Assembly: GCA_964645535.1 (NCBI GenBank)
Contig: CAZYCQ010000011.1
Location: forward strand, 1-64,000
Direction: 5' to 3'
Length of the DNA stretch: 64,000 bases
Origin: an uncultured archaeon
Lineage (GTDB): Archaea > Asgardarchaeota > Heimdallarchaeia > Heimdallarchaeales > Kariarchaeaceae
The first letter of the stretch is position 1. Each line of letters opens with the position of its first letter. Made by a program: the position numbers and the translations under genes. The notes beneath the pieces were generated by a model, which was given only the letters and a program-made list of their open reading frames with translations, had not been told where the DNA came from and searched no databases. Below are positions 20,664 through 30,771 of this stretch, piece after piece.

Positions 20664-20928
20664 TTTCAAACGCCGTTCGGAATTGCTCATTGATCTCCTT
20701 GAGCCTACGAGCTGCATCAAGGATGATTTCAACAGGATTTGTTCCTTCCCTAGTCTCGATCTGAAAGATAATGGTTTCCTCAAAGGTTTGATCACGGCTA
20801 TATCCACACATGAGAACGTCATCATTTTTGATAATCTCTTCCTTGAGCAGGTTGTAAAGCGTATGAGGCTCGTCATTGATTCTGAGCTTTAGATAGTTGC
20901 CGGCTTTTTCGAGGATCTTGATTTCCAT
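20647..20928 (-). CDS. rpoL: DNA-directed RNA polymerase subunit L (Rpo11)
   Basis: 93 aa, EPHTLYNLLKEEI...VLMCGYS, the Rpo11/RPB11 pattern. Confidence 0.9.
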   Translation of the reverse strand: MEIKILEKAGNYLKLRINDEPHTLYNLLKEEIIKNDDVLMCGYSRDQTFEETIIFQIETREGTNPVEIILDAARRLKEINEQFRTAFENAYPE

Positions 20929-20975
20929 AAATAACTCGTACTTCTGCAGTTTATATGTATTCTTTTGGATATCGT

Positions 20976-22322
20976 TTATGCACTAGCTACGGGTAGTTCC
21001 ACAAGCTCTTTGATTCGGTCAAATGAGGCCAAATATTGGGTTTCATTCTCAAAGAAGAACTTTTCGCCAAATGCAGGCTTGAGCTCATCCAACCAAATGG
21101 CATTTTCATCATACTTCGCGAAGAATGGTTTCCCAACCCAATCAGGATTTCTTCCTTGTATGAACCGAAGAGTGAGAACTTTTTCATTGCCGACCTGTGC
21201 TGGACCCGTTACTTCAACCTTGCCCCATGTCGTAGACATGGATGGTCCCCTAACGGTTCTGCAGACGCCACTGACTTTACGGTATGCGTTGAAGAAAATG
21301 TCCCATGCTTTGACAAGGGGAACCTTGAAGTAATGTTGGGCTCCAGTGTCTCTTGCGATAAACATGTAATAGGGTACCATTCCCATGTCAACCTGCATTC
21401 TCCACATCCGTGCCCATACTTCTGGATCTGCATTGATATGGTTCATGACAGGTGATTGTGTCCGAATGACCGCTCCAACGTCTCTGAGATTTTGTGTGGC
21501 TTCCTTGACCGCGTTGGTTTGAAGCTCCCTATAATGGTTGAAATGAGCCATGATTGCCAAATGCTTGCCGCTGTCCGAAATTTCCTTGAACAGGTCAAGA
21601 TATGCAGAGCCTTCAGAGGTCATGTCTGTTAATTTATAGGGCCAATACGCTAAAACTTTGGTTCCAATTCTGATGGTCTTTACATGCGGGATTTCAAGTA
21701 TCGGTCTGATGTATTCCGCAAAAACATGGGGCTTCATTACCATGGGATCACCCCCCGTGAACAGGACGTCTTGGACTTCTTCATGTTCAGTAAGGTAATC
21801 CACCAACTGTTGAACTTCTTTATTTGCAAATCTGAACTCTTCAATTCCTACAAATTGAGACCATCTGAAGCAAAATGTACAATAGGAGAAACAGGTTTGA
21901 CCATTTTTTGGAAAGAAGAGTACCGTTTCTCGATATTTGTGCTGCATTCCCATAATAGGCTCACCATTTATCATCGGTACATTATGCAACTTCTGACCTG
22001 CGGGATTGGGATTCAATCTACGGCGGATCTCATTTGCAGTGGCTTCTATCTCTTCTTTGGAACCAGATTCAAGTATTTTCTTCATTCTCTTGTAATCATC
22101 CGGTAATAACATTCCCCGTTGAGGAAAGGTGAGTTGGAAAATAGGGTCATTGGGAATATCTGTCCAGTCAATCAGTTCATCAATTACGTAGCTGTTGACC
22201 TTGAAGGGGAGTACATGTCCAACCACTTTGATGGCCTCGATGATATCGGAACCGAGCCCTTTCATTTGTTCGATTTGTTCAAAATTCCTTAGAGTATAGC
22301 CTTTGTACTTCAGACTGTTCAT
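20976..22322 (-). CDS. KamA-family radical SAM protein (lysine 2,3-aminomutase-like)
   Basis: HKYRETVL, CFSYCTFCFR (CxxxCxxC), VLFTGGDP, IRIGTK, HFNH, PYY. Confidence 0.9.
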   Translation of the reverse strand: MNSLKYKGYTLRNFEQIEQMKGLGSDIIEAIKVVGHVLPFKVNSYVIDELIDWTDIPNDPIFQLTFPQRGMLLPDDYKRMKKILESGSKEEIEATANEIRRRLNPNPAGQKLHNVPMINGEPIMGMQHKYRETVLFFPKNGQTCFSYCTFCFRWSQFVGIEEFRFANKEVQQLVDYLTEHEEVQDVLFTGGDPMVMKPHVFAEYIRPILEIPHVKTIRIGTKVLAYWPYKLTDMTSEGSAYLDLFKEISDSGKHLAIMAHFNHYRELQTNAVKEATQNLRDVGAVIRTQSPVMNHINADPEVWARMWRMQVDMGMVPYYMFIARDTGAQHYFKVPLVKAWDIFFNAYRKVSGVCRTVRGPSMSTTWGKVEVTGPAQVGNEKVLTLRFIQGRNPDWVGKPFFAKYDENAIWLDELKPAFGEKFFFENETQYLASFDRIKELVELPVASA

Positions 22323-22475
22323 TCCGTCATCACCTCAAAATCAAAAGATGTGCGGGAAAAAGATATGATTTCCAACGTAAAAATTGAAGATCCCGCAAAT
22401 TAGATTAATTTGCATATATCTTTCCGAAAAACGGTATAAAAAAATTATGATTTTTCATTTTTATGAAATGAATGC

Positions 22476-23909
22476 CTAATTGGTCTGGAATTTGGTGGCA
22501 AGTTCTACAAGGGCTCGAACCGGAACCCCTAGATTCCCTTTAGGTTTGTAACCGCTTTCTGAGGATGCCCATGCCATTCCAGCGATGTCTAGATGTGCCC
22601 ATCTTTCCCTTTCAACAAACTCACCAAGGAACATGGCTGCTGTGATTGATCCGGCAGGTCTTCCTCCTGTATTTTTGATATCTGCAATTGTGGATTCAAT
22701 TTGTTTCCGATACTTCTTGTCAAGCGGCATCCTCCAGAATGGTTCTCCTGCTTTCTTCCCTGCCTCTTCAAGCTCTTTCCAAAGATCATCACTGCGAGTG
22801 AAAGTTCCAATGTAATGGTCGCCCAATGCAATCATCATCGCTCCTGTAAGGGTTGCAATGTCTATAATGGTATGTGGATCATAGGTTTTTTCAGTATAGA
22901 CAAGTGCATCTGAAAGAATCATGCGCCCTTCTGCATCCGTGTTGTCAACTTCAATTGACTTCCCATTTGAGGCAAAAACCACATCGGATGGTTTCGTTGC
23001 ATGACCTCCTGGCATGTTTTCTGTCAATGGGGCAACACCGACGGCATTGATTGGTATTCCCAGTTTGGCAATGGCAAGGATGGTCGCAATAGTAGCCGCC
23101 GCTCCAGAACAGTCTCCTCGCATGGCTCCCATGTTTGTGCTGGGTTTAAGCGAAATACCTCCTGTGTCGAATGTAATTCCTTTTCCAACAATGGCCAAAG
23201 GCTTCTGATCCTTTTCACTCCCTTCGTATTCAATGACAAGAAACTTGGCAGGTTCATCAGAACCCTTGGCAACGGATAGGAATGCTCCCATTTTCTGTTC
23301 CTCAGCCCATTTCTCGTCATAGGCTTTCACTTTGACGTTATCCACTCCTTTGAAGGCCTTGATAGTTTCTTCGACAAAGAATGTGGGTGTTGCCACATTG
23401 GATGGCAGTTCTCCAAGCCTTCTCGCAAAATTTTGGGCTTCTGCAATAATTTTGCCCTTTAACCAATCCTCAATTTCCGAAGCATTTCCAGAAAAGATGA
23501 TCTCATCAAGCGTCGGTCGTTTGTCTGGATTTAATGTCTTAAGTTCATCAAACCTATAAAGACCAAGAAAGACTCCTTCTGCTGTTGCTTTTGCGTTTCC
23601 AAGGGAGGTTATTCCAACAGTTTTTGCACCATTGTCTCGAAGCAGTTTCACACCATTTGCCGCAGCAATTCTTATGTCTTCTTCGGTCAGTTCTTCCTTT
23701 TTTCCAAGCCCCACAGCAGCAATCATGGGTGCTTTGAAACCATCTACATTGAAAAGGAGTCTTTTCTGCCCTGTCTTTCCCTCAAACTTCCCGATTGAAA
23801 GGTGCTTTTTCAAGTCTCCGAACTGGGCTGTAAGATCGTCATAGACTCCAACAACAACTCCATCCGTCTTCAGTTCTTGAAGTGAGGTGTTCTCTTCTCT
23901 GCTTTGCAT
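22476..23909 (-). CDS. pepA: M17 leucyl aminopeptidase
   Basis: VGKGITFDTGGISLK, NTDAEGR, IDIATLTGA, WAHLDIAG. Confidence 0.95.
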   Translation of the reverse strand: MQSREENTSLQELKTDGVVVGVYDDLTAQFGDLKKHLSIGKFEGKTGQKRLLFNVDGFKAPMIAAVGLGKKEELTEEDIRIAAANGVKLLRDNGAKTVGITSLGNAKATAEGVFLGLYRFDELKTLNPDKRPTLDEIIFSGNASEIEDWLKGKIIAEAQNFARRLGELPSNVATPTFFVEETIKAFKGVDNVKVKAYDEKWAEEQKMGAFLSVAKGSDEPAKFLVIEYEGSEKDQKPLAIVGKGITFDTGGISLKPSTNMGAMRGDCSGAAATIATILAIAKLGIPINAVGVAPLTENMPGGHATKPSDVVFASNGKSIEVDNTDAEGRMILSDALVYTEKTYDPHTIIDIATLTGAMMIALGDHYIGTFTRSDDLWKELEEAGKKAGEPFWRMPLDKKYRKQIESTIADIKNTGGRPAGSITAAMFLGEFVERERWAHLDIAGMAWASSESGYKPKGNLGVPVRALVELATKFQTN

Positions 23910-24021
23910 AGACTAAAGGTTTTGGTTTGGCTTTAATGCTTTTTCTTTCCAGAAGTTTCTGAATCACCTTTCTTTTGCTTAGTGTTGGAAGAATTCATCC
24001 CTACCTAAAAAAGTTAAAAAG

Positions 24022-25146
24022 GTGAGGCATCCAATCGAACTTGTGATCATTGATTCCTCTGCGATTTTTGGCATACCCTATGATGTCTTTGCCATTTCGG
24101 TGCTCTTTAGCATAGCTGCCCAAATTGTCGTTTTCGCGATTTCCTTTCGCTCTAACGGAAGGAATTCTGTCGTCCACAAAATCATCTCCCGAATATCTGT
24201 CTCAATCTACCCATTGGTTCTCTTTGGTTTAATCCTTGCCTATAATACTGGCTCAAATTTTTCAACACAAACGGATGAAGGACAAATTTCTGATTCCTTT
24301 ACCAGTGTCATCTTTGGTACAATTATCGGAATTGGCGGAGCATATTGGGTATTTGCACGAGTAAAAGAGACGCTTGAAATTTATTTCGATTCACTTAATG
24401 AAGTCTCTTCATCCTTGGCCGAAGGTAACTTGGAGGTTCCTGAAGCATTGCTTGACACGAATTCAACGGATATCCTTGGTCCATTCTATGCTGGTTTTGT
24501 AAGCATGGTTAACGAATTGAAAGATATGATTAAGGAAATCTCATCCGTTGCAGCAAGAGTGGCAAGCACCGCGGAGGAAATTGCTGCATCAAGTTCTGAA
24601 ATTAGTTCAAGCAGTGAGGCCATTTCCTCAATCATGGAAAATATCTCACAGGGCACACAGGAACAAGTCCAACGAGCAAATGATGCCAAACGATCCTATG
24701 AAGAGCTTAACAAGATTATTAATGCTTCATTCGATAGAATTGAACAGGTTCTCGATCTTACTCTAGAAATATCTGAGGAAACAAACCTCTTGGCTCTGAA
24801 TGCTGCTATTGAAGCCCAAAGGGCAGGAGAGGCTGGAAGAGGTTTTGCTATCGTTGCCAAGAATGTTCGGAGATTGGCTGATGATTCCCGCAACTATGCT
24901 GATGAAATTGATCGTGTGATCAAGGAGATTCAATCTGAAATTCAGAAAGGACAAGAAATGATCTCACGTGCAATTGAAACCATTTCTGATGTGAGTGAAG
25001 ATGTTGCTTCCTCCTCTGAGGAAGTCGCCGCCTCGGCAGAAGAACAGACTGCAACAATGGAAGAACTTGTTGCTGCAACTTCAGAATTATCCTCGCTGGC
25101 TGCCAATCTCGAACTCAGGGTTCAAAAGTTCAAATTCAATGAATGA
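24022..25146 (+). CDS. Methyl-accepting chemotaxis-like protein (TM + HAMP + MCP signal domain)
   Basis: [30 protein letters not shown] hairpin signature; 3 TM segments; HAMP-like region. Confidence 0.9.
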   Translation: MRHPIELVIIDSSAIFGIPYDVFAISVLFSIAAQIVVFAISFRSNGRNSVVHKIISRISVSIYPLVLFGLILAYNTGSNFSTQTDEGQISDSFTSVIFGTIIGIGGAYWVFARVKETLEIYFDSLNEVSSSLAEGNLEVPEALLDTNSTDILGPFYAGFVSMVNELKDMIKEISSVAARVASTAEEIAASSSEISSSSEAISSIMENISQGTQEQVQRANDAKRSYEELNKIINASFDRIEQVLDLTLEISEETNLLALNAAIEAQRAGEAGRGFAIVAKNVRRLADDSRNYADEIDRVIKEIQSEIQKGQEMISRAIETISDVSEDVASSSEEVAASAEEQTATMEELVAATSELSSLAANLELRVQKFKFNE

Positions 25147-25213
25147 GCTCTTTTTTCAGACATGTCGCAATCCCAATATGTTTAAAATCAGATGAAAAAA
25201 GCCATTCATATCA

Positions 25214-26233
25214 ATGGAAGTTACTGACACCCCCTCATCACGTTCTATCTATTTTTCTCCCCGTTTTTGGTTAACTGTCGTCATTATGGTTGTCATAGGT
25301 GTCCTTCTCATCAAAAGTGTAGGCTTGGAAACTTTGATTATGAACGTAATTTCTGTTTGGCCGTGGGGGGTGGCTGCCGTTTTCACAGTTTACACCATTG
25401 TTATGCTTATCAGAACTTATCGATGGAAAGTTCTCCTTTCAACCAATGGGGTTCAAGTTTCTTTCTCCCTTCTTGCCAAGGTGGCTTGGATGGCTTGGGC
25501 ACAGAATGGTGTTCTTCCAGCTCGTCTTGGTGAAGCCTCACGTCTGGTGATCTTGAAATCCTATGGTGTGGGATACTCAAAGAACACAATCGCGATCGCA
25601 TTGGAAAAATTTTTCGATCTTATCGGCTTAGTCTCAGTAGTCGGTCTCATGAGTGGTCTAATTGCATTTTATCATTTAGATGTAACCGAGGTCAAAGGTC
25701 TGCGAACAACCCTTTATGTTTTGTTAGGTCTTATTTTCACCGGATTTTGCCTTCTCTTCCTTGTATTTAGGTACTCCGAATTTTTCATTTCAACACTTGA
25801 ACGCACTTCTTTCACACGAAAATTCGCTCCTCTCCTAAAAGACGTTTCTTCCTCGATTTCTCACCTTTCTCAGAACAAATGGCAATTTCTATTGTTGCTT
25901 CTCCTCTCCATTCTTCAATGGTTGACAGAATCCCTGACCATCCTTGCAGTTGCCCTGATTCTTGGTGTCCCCAATCAACCGGTCTTCATCCTTTTTGCAG
26001 CTGTCATAGGATATGCAACATATATTCTCCCAGTAACTCCAGGATCATTTGGTCCTTTTGAATTTTTTGTCGGTCAAATCCTGATGTTCTTGATCGGAAT
26101 TCCTTCCCCTCTTGCACTAAGCGTACCTATTGTTTCCCATATTCTTGTGGTTCTTTATCTTGCCTTGACAGGGATCCTTTCTTCGATTAGTCTTCCTCCG
26201 CGAATGGAAAATAATGGGAATCTTGAAAAATAG
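25214..26233 (+). CDS. Lysylphosphatidylglycerol synthase TM / UPF0104 flippase-like protein
   Basis: RTYRWKVLL, NGVLPARLGEASR, ALEKFFD, PVTPGSFGPFE. Confidence 0.88.
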   Translation: MEVTDTPSSRSIYFSPRFWLTVVIMVVIGVLLIKSVGLETLIMNVISVWPWGVAAVFTVYTIVMLIRTYRWKVLLSTNGVQVSFSLLAKVAWMAWAQNGVLPARLGEASRLVILKSYGVGYSKNTIAIALEKFFDLIGLVSVVGLMSGLIAFYHLDVTEVKGLRTTLYVLLGLIFTGFCLLFLVFRYSEFFISTLERTSFTRKFAPLLKDVSSSISHLSQNKWQFLLLLLLSILQWLTESLTILAVALILGVPNQPVFILFAAVIGYATYILPVTPGSFGPFEFFVGQILMFLIGIPSPLALSVPIVSHILVVLYLALTGILSSISLPPRMENNGNLEK

Positions 26234-26292
26234 GCAAGTAATCGCCGAAGCTCCAAAAAAACGTTTTTGAATTCAATCCTTGTTTTTAACTC

Positions 26293-26715
26293 ATGAGTGA
26301 AATGATTATGGTCGATGATTATGCCATCGCTACAGATCGCATGTACCTAAAGACCCATGAATGGGTGAAACAGGTCGATGAAAAGACCTTTCTGATTGGC
26401 ATCTCTGATTATGCACAAAAAATGCTTCATGAGATCACCTACGTTCAGTTCGAAGATGTTGGCGAAGAATTCCAGAAAGAGGAAGTTATTCTTGTAGTAG
26501 AGGCATTGAAAGCATCTGGTGATATTTATGCCCCATTTGATTTGAAATTGGTCGAGGTCAATGAAATCTTGGAGGAAGAACCAGAAAAGATCAACCAGAG
26601 CCCTTATGAGGAGGGATGGCTTGCCAAGGTTGAAGCCCTTTCAGATGACCGTTCAAGCTTGATTTCTCCGGAAGAATATGCTGAAGTAGTAAAGAAAGAG
26701 CTTGAAGAGGCTTAA
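26293..26715 (+). CDS. gcvH: Glycine cleavage system H protein
   Basis: THEWV, IGISDYAQ, VEALKASGDIYAP (lipoyl Lys), INQSPYEEGWL. Confidence 0.95.
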   Translation: MSEMIMVDDYAIATDRMYLKTHEWVKQVDEKTFLIGISDYAQKMLHEITYVQFEDVGEEFQKEEVILVVEALKASGDIYAPFDLKLVEVNEILEEEPEKINQSPYEEGWLAKVEALSDDRSSLISPEEYAEVVKKELEEA

Positions 26716-26797
26716 TTGCGAATTTATTGAATGCAAATTATCCAAACGCGACGGATGCGATGCATATTTTCATAAAAATAGTTAAGATGTTTTCATT

Positions 26798-28216
26798 GTG
26801 CCCGAAAATAAAAAACCAGAGGAGTTGATAAAAAGCAAAACTATCGCTCCTTACCAATCCTATTTAGGCGTCAGTCCCCAAGAGGTTGGACAGATGCTTT
26901 CGGAACTAGGTCTCCAATCAACAATGGATCTGTTCTCCGACGTTCCTTCCCATCTCCTATTGGAAGATCCATTGAAAATTCCGGGACCCTACTCAGAATA
27001 TGAATTGGATCGTATCTTCCGGGAAATTGCCAAGAAAAACAGAACTGATCTAAAGCCGTTCTTGGGTGGAGGTGTCCGCCAGGTCTATGTTCCTGCATTT
27101 CTTGAAGAACTTATGCGACGTGGCGAGATCTATACCGCTTATACCTCTTATCAACCAGAAGTAGCCCAAGGAATGCTCCAAATGATTTATGAGTACGAAT
27201 CGATGATCGCTGAACTTACTGACATGGATGTGGTCAGTGCATCACTCTATGATTGGGGAACCGCACTTGGAGAAAGTGCCCGAATGATGGCACGCATCAA
27301 ACGCCGAAATGGCATTCTTGTGGCTCATCCCATTTCACCCCGAAGATTGGACGTCTTGAGATCGTATACCGAACCTGCCGATATTCATGTTACCGTAGTT
27401 GATTCACAAGGAGATTATGATTTTTCGACTCTTCAAGAGTTGATTGAAAAAGATGGAGCAAAAGAGAAAAAATCTCGTGAATTTGCTGGTCTCTATCTTG
27501 AAGTTCCTACATTCCATGGCGTTCTCAGCGATAAAGTCGAGGAACTCATTTCCATTGCCCACGAAAATGATATTCTGGTGACTGTTGGTGTGGACATGAT
27601 TTCCTTAGGAATATTGAAACCCCCTTCATCCTATGGTGCCGATTTCGTCATTGGTGAAGGACAAGTCTTTGGAAATGCCTTGAATGCCGGAGGACCACTT
27701 CTTGGTATCCTTGCCATGAATTTTGATCGGAAAAAGATTCAAAACTTTCCAGGAAGGCTGGTGGGGAAGACAACCGAATTGGGGTCTGACCATCCTGGGT
27801 ACTGCATTACCCTTTCAACAAGAGAACAGCATATTCGACGTGAAAAAGCGACAAGCAATATTTGTTCAAATCAGACCCTCATGGCAATCAATGCAGGCAT
27901 ATACCTCGCAAGTCTCGGACCTGAGGGACTTCGTGAATTGGCCCAAGGATTGATGGATCGTGCACACTATTTGATGAATGGACTTAAGGGAATTGCCGGC
28001 GTTAATATTCCCTATTCCAATGTATTCGCTGAATTTTTGGTTGAATTTGAAGGGATTTCCCATGAACAATTGGAGAAGCATTGCATGAATCATGGTTTCA
28101 TTCCAGGAATCAAGATTGATGGACCTGGTTGCAAAAGATTGGTGGGTGTGTCCGATATCTTCCATCGAGATGATCTCGATGAGTTTGTGAATGTTATTCG
28201 GGAGGTGATGTCATGA
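26798..28216 (+). CDS. gcvPA: Glycine dehydrogenase subunit 1
   Basis: YTAYTSYQPEVAQG, GGP, TREQHIRREKATSNICSNQ. Confidence 0.95.
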   Translation: MPENKKPEELIKSKTIAPYQSYLGVSPQEVGQMLSELGLQSTMDLFSDVPSHLLLEDPLKIPGPYSEYELDRIFREIAKKNRTDLKPFLGGGVRQVYVPAFLEELMRRGEIYTAYTSYQPEVAQGMLQMIYEYESMIAELTDMDVVSASLYDWGTALGESARMMARIKRRNGILVAHPISPRRLDVLRSYTEPADIHVTVVDSQGDYDFSTLQELIEKDGAKEKKSREFAGLYLEVPTFHGVLSDKVEELISIAHENDILVTVGVDMISLGILKPPSSYGADFVIGEGQVFGNALNAGGPLLGILAMNFDRKKIQNFPGRLVGKTTELGSDHPGYCITLSTREQHIRREKATSNICSNQTLMAINAGIYLASLGPEGLRELAQGLMDRAHYLMNGLKGIAGVNIPYSNVFAEFLVEFEGISHEQLEKHCMNHGFIPGIKIDGPGCKRLVGVSDIFHRDDLDEFVNVIREVMS

Positions 28217-29700
28217 TTGAGAAAAGAGTACAGGCTAAATGGAATGAACCTCTGATCACTGATCTTGGAGGATCTGGTCGACGAGCCTTCATCCCTGAAC
28301 AGGCCGATGTTCCTTCAGTAGAACTTCCAAAAGGATGGGCACGAAAATCCTCCCCAAAACTTCCTGAAGTTTCTGAACTTGAATTGGTACGCCATGTGGT
28401 AAGACTTTCCCAAATGATTCATGGCGTCGATGTAGGACCATACCCCTTGGGTTCCTGTACTATGAAATACAATCCCAAAATCAACGAAAGAATTGCTCGA
28501 TTTGAGGGATTTGCAAACATTCATCCTGATACCCCTGTCGAAGCCATGCAGGGTATCATTGAGGTATACTATCGAATGCAGGAAGCTCTCAAAACATTAA
28601 CTGGATTTCATTCTGTTACGCTCCAACCCCCCGCTGGTGCTTCCGGAGAATTTGTCGGTACTCTAATAATGAGGGCATATCACCGTAGCAGAAATGATCA
28701 CAAAAGGAATACCATTCTCATTCCTGATTCCGCTCATGGGACGAATCCGGCAAGTGCAGCCATGGCTGGTTTCAAAGTGTTGGAAATTCCCTCCAATGAA
28801 TATGGAACCGTCGACATGGATGCATTGGATGCAGTTTTGGATGATTCCATTGCGGGATTGATGATTACAAACCCCAATACCTTGGGAATTTTCGAAAAGG
28901 ATATTGAAACCATCAATAAAAAAGTGCATGAAGCAGGTGGCCTGACCTATCTTGATGGTGCTAATTTCAATGGAATTGTGGGTATCATCCGTCCTGTTGA
29001 TATGGGATTCGATATTATGCATATGAACCTCCATAAAACATTTACAGGACCCCATGGAGGTGGAGGTCCTGGTTCTGGACCTGTTGGAGTTATTGAACCT
29101 CTTGCAAAGTTCCTTCCTGTTCCTTTGGCCGGATTTGATGGTACCAAATATTATTGGGATTATTCCCATAATGAAACCAGTATTGGAAGAGTCCATTCTT
29201 ACAATGGTAATTTTGGTATCGTGCTCCGAGCCTTGGCGTATATCTATCGAAATGGCGGAGAAGGGCTCCGAAAGGTATGTGAAACCGCTGTGTTGAATGC
29301 AAACTATCTCATGAAAAAGGTGCAGGGTATACGTGGCTTAACTGTTCCCCGTGCTCCCGGCATCCCCAGAAAGCATGAATTTGTTGCTTCAGCTCTTCCA
29401 ATGCTCAAAGAGACCAAAATCTCTGCAAATGACATTGCCAAAGCAATGTTAGATTATGGTATACATGCGCCCACTGTCTATTTCCCCCTCATTGTCAAGG
29501 AGGCCTTGATGATTGAACCTACAGAATCCGAAACGTTGCAGGGACTCAACCAGATCTATGAGGTTTTACAAATCATTTCTGATGAGGCTTATAATTCCCC
29601 TGAAACTGTTATGAAGGAACCTACCAATACTTCATCAGGTCGTCTTGATGAACTTTCCTTAGCTAAAAAACCTGTTCTCAGTGAAAAAATGGCTAAATGA
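28213..29700 (+). CDS. gcvPB: Glycine dehydrogenase subunit 2
   Basis: PLGSCTMKYNPK, SAHGTNPASA, HMNLHKTFTGPHGGGGPG. Confidence 0.96.
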   Translation: MIEKRVQAKWNEPLITDLGGSGRRAFIPEQADVPSVELPKGWARKSSPKLPEVSELELVRHVVRLSQMIHGVDVGPYPLGSCTMKYNPKINERIARFEGFANIHPDTPVEAMQGIIEVYYRMQEALKTLTGFHSVTLQPPAGASGEFVGTLIMRAYHRSRNDHKRNTILIPDSAHGTNPASAAMAGFKVLEIPSNEYGTVDMDALDAVLDDSIAGLMITNPNTLGIFEKDIETINKKVHEAGGLTYLDGANFNGIVGIIRPVDMGFDIMHMNLHKTFTGPHGGGGPGSGPVGVIEPLAKFLPVPLAGFDGTKYYWDYSHNETSIGRVHSYNGNFGIVLRALAYIYRNGGEGLRKVCETAVLNANYLMKKVQGIRGLTVPRAPGIPRKHEFVASALPMLKETKISANDIAKAMLDYGIHAPTVYFPLIVKEALMIEPTESETLQGLNQIYEVLQIISDEAYNSPETVMKEPTNTSSGRLDELSLAKKPVLSEKMAK

Positions 29701-30756
29701 TCAAATTGCCTTGCGAACAACTGAATCATGGTAACCGATAATTACTTTATAATATCCCTTGAGTTCCTCATCTACTTTTGGGTCTCCTGTATCGATATAT
29801 AGAATTGGTGTATTTGCCATCTTCACAGGCGTGGCAAAAATCCTTATACCTCTTTTTCCAATTTTATGTATCAATTTTGGAGGAATCTGCCTATTCCCTC
29901 TTCCAAAAAGATGTCCCTGTTGCCCAATAGGTGTTACCCATATTTCATCTGCATCTATTTCTATCAGCTCCTCATAACTGGCATCTGCTATGACTCTTCT
30001 TCCGTCTTGAAATACGTCAACTCCTAAAAGGGATTTCTCAAGATCCATTGCTCTAAAAATCTCAAATAATGTACTTCCTCCACCAACCAGAATTGTACCT
30101 TTCAGTAAATTTTCTTCTTCAATTCTTTGAGCTATTCCCTCAAACAGTTCTGGACTTTCACTTGAATGAAACGTTGATTTGCTTTGCTGAACTCTTTCAA
30201 AGACTGGAATATAGGCTGCATGGACTGTCTTCGGACGAATTATCCCTTTCCGGTAGGCTTCTTCATCCAAATCTTCTATTTCGGTCAATTTCACCTCTCC
30301 AGTCCATTCTTGGAGGAAACTTCCCAAATCTTCAGGTCTGTGAAGAAAAACCCCTGAGAAAATCTTTACACCGGCAGGTATTCCTAGTATGGGAACCTTC
30401 GCTGGATAACCAATCTCACTAACATCCGCTGCTGTCCCATCTCCTCCAACAAAAACAATGATATCGACTTCTTCCTCTATGAGCTTCTTTGTGGCCTCTT
30501 TTGTATGTTTTGGCTTACTTCTGATTGGCATTCGATAGACTAGTTTTCCAAATTCACTGAATTCTTCATTGGTTACCACCCAATCAGCCAAATTATTATT
30601 GACTGTTTTCAAGGCTCGATGAGCTATATCCATTGCTTCACTTGGGTAACCCTCTAAAAGTATGTTCCATGCCTTTTCGATGTCATCCGTTCCTTTCCAG
30701 GCACGTTTCGCTCCAATTCCTGCAATTGGATTTACTACAAAACCGATTTTCACCAA
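29701..30756 (-). CDS. ATP-NAD kinase family protein
   Basis: GFVVNPIAGIG, VGGDGTAADV, LGIPAGVK, GRGNRQI, DTGD. Confidence 0.9.
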   Translation of the reverse strand: MVKIGFVVNPIAGIGAKRAWKGTDDIEKAWNILLEGYPSEAMDIAHRALKTVNNNLADWVVTNEEFSEFGKLVYRMPIRSKPKHTKEATKKLIEEEVDIIVFVGGDGTAADVSEIGYPAKVPILGIPAGVKIFSGVFLHRPEDLGSFLQEWTGEVKLTEIEDLDEEAYRKGIIRPKTVHAAYIPVFERVQQSKSTFHSSESPELFEGIAQRIEEENLLKGTILVGGGSTLFEIFRAMDLEKSLLGVDVFQDGRRVIADASYEELIEIDADEIWVTPIGQQGHLFGRGNRQIPPKLIHKIGKRGIRIFATPVKMANTPILYIDTGDPKVDEELKGYYKVIIGYHDSVVRKAI

Positions 30757-30771
30757 AAGCTGCTTTGCTTC

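Noticed and set aside
20664-20876. N-terminal extension of the RNase III-like ORF
   Set aside because: It overlaps rpoL in another frame; the downstream ATG is more plausible.
26716-26797. Glycine riboswitch near gcv genes
   Set aside because: No aptamer consensus, and the spacer is too short.
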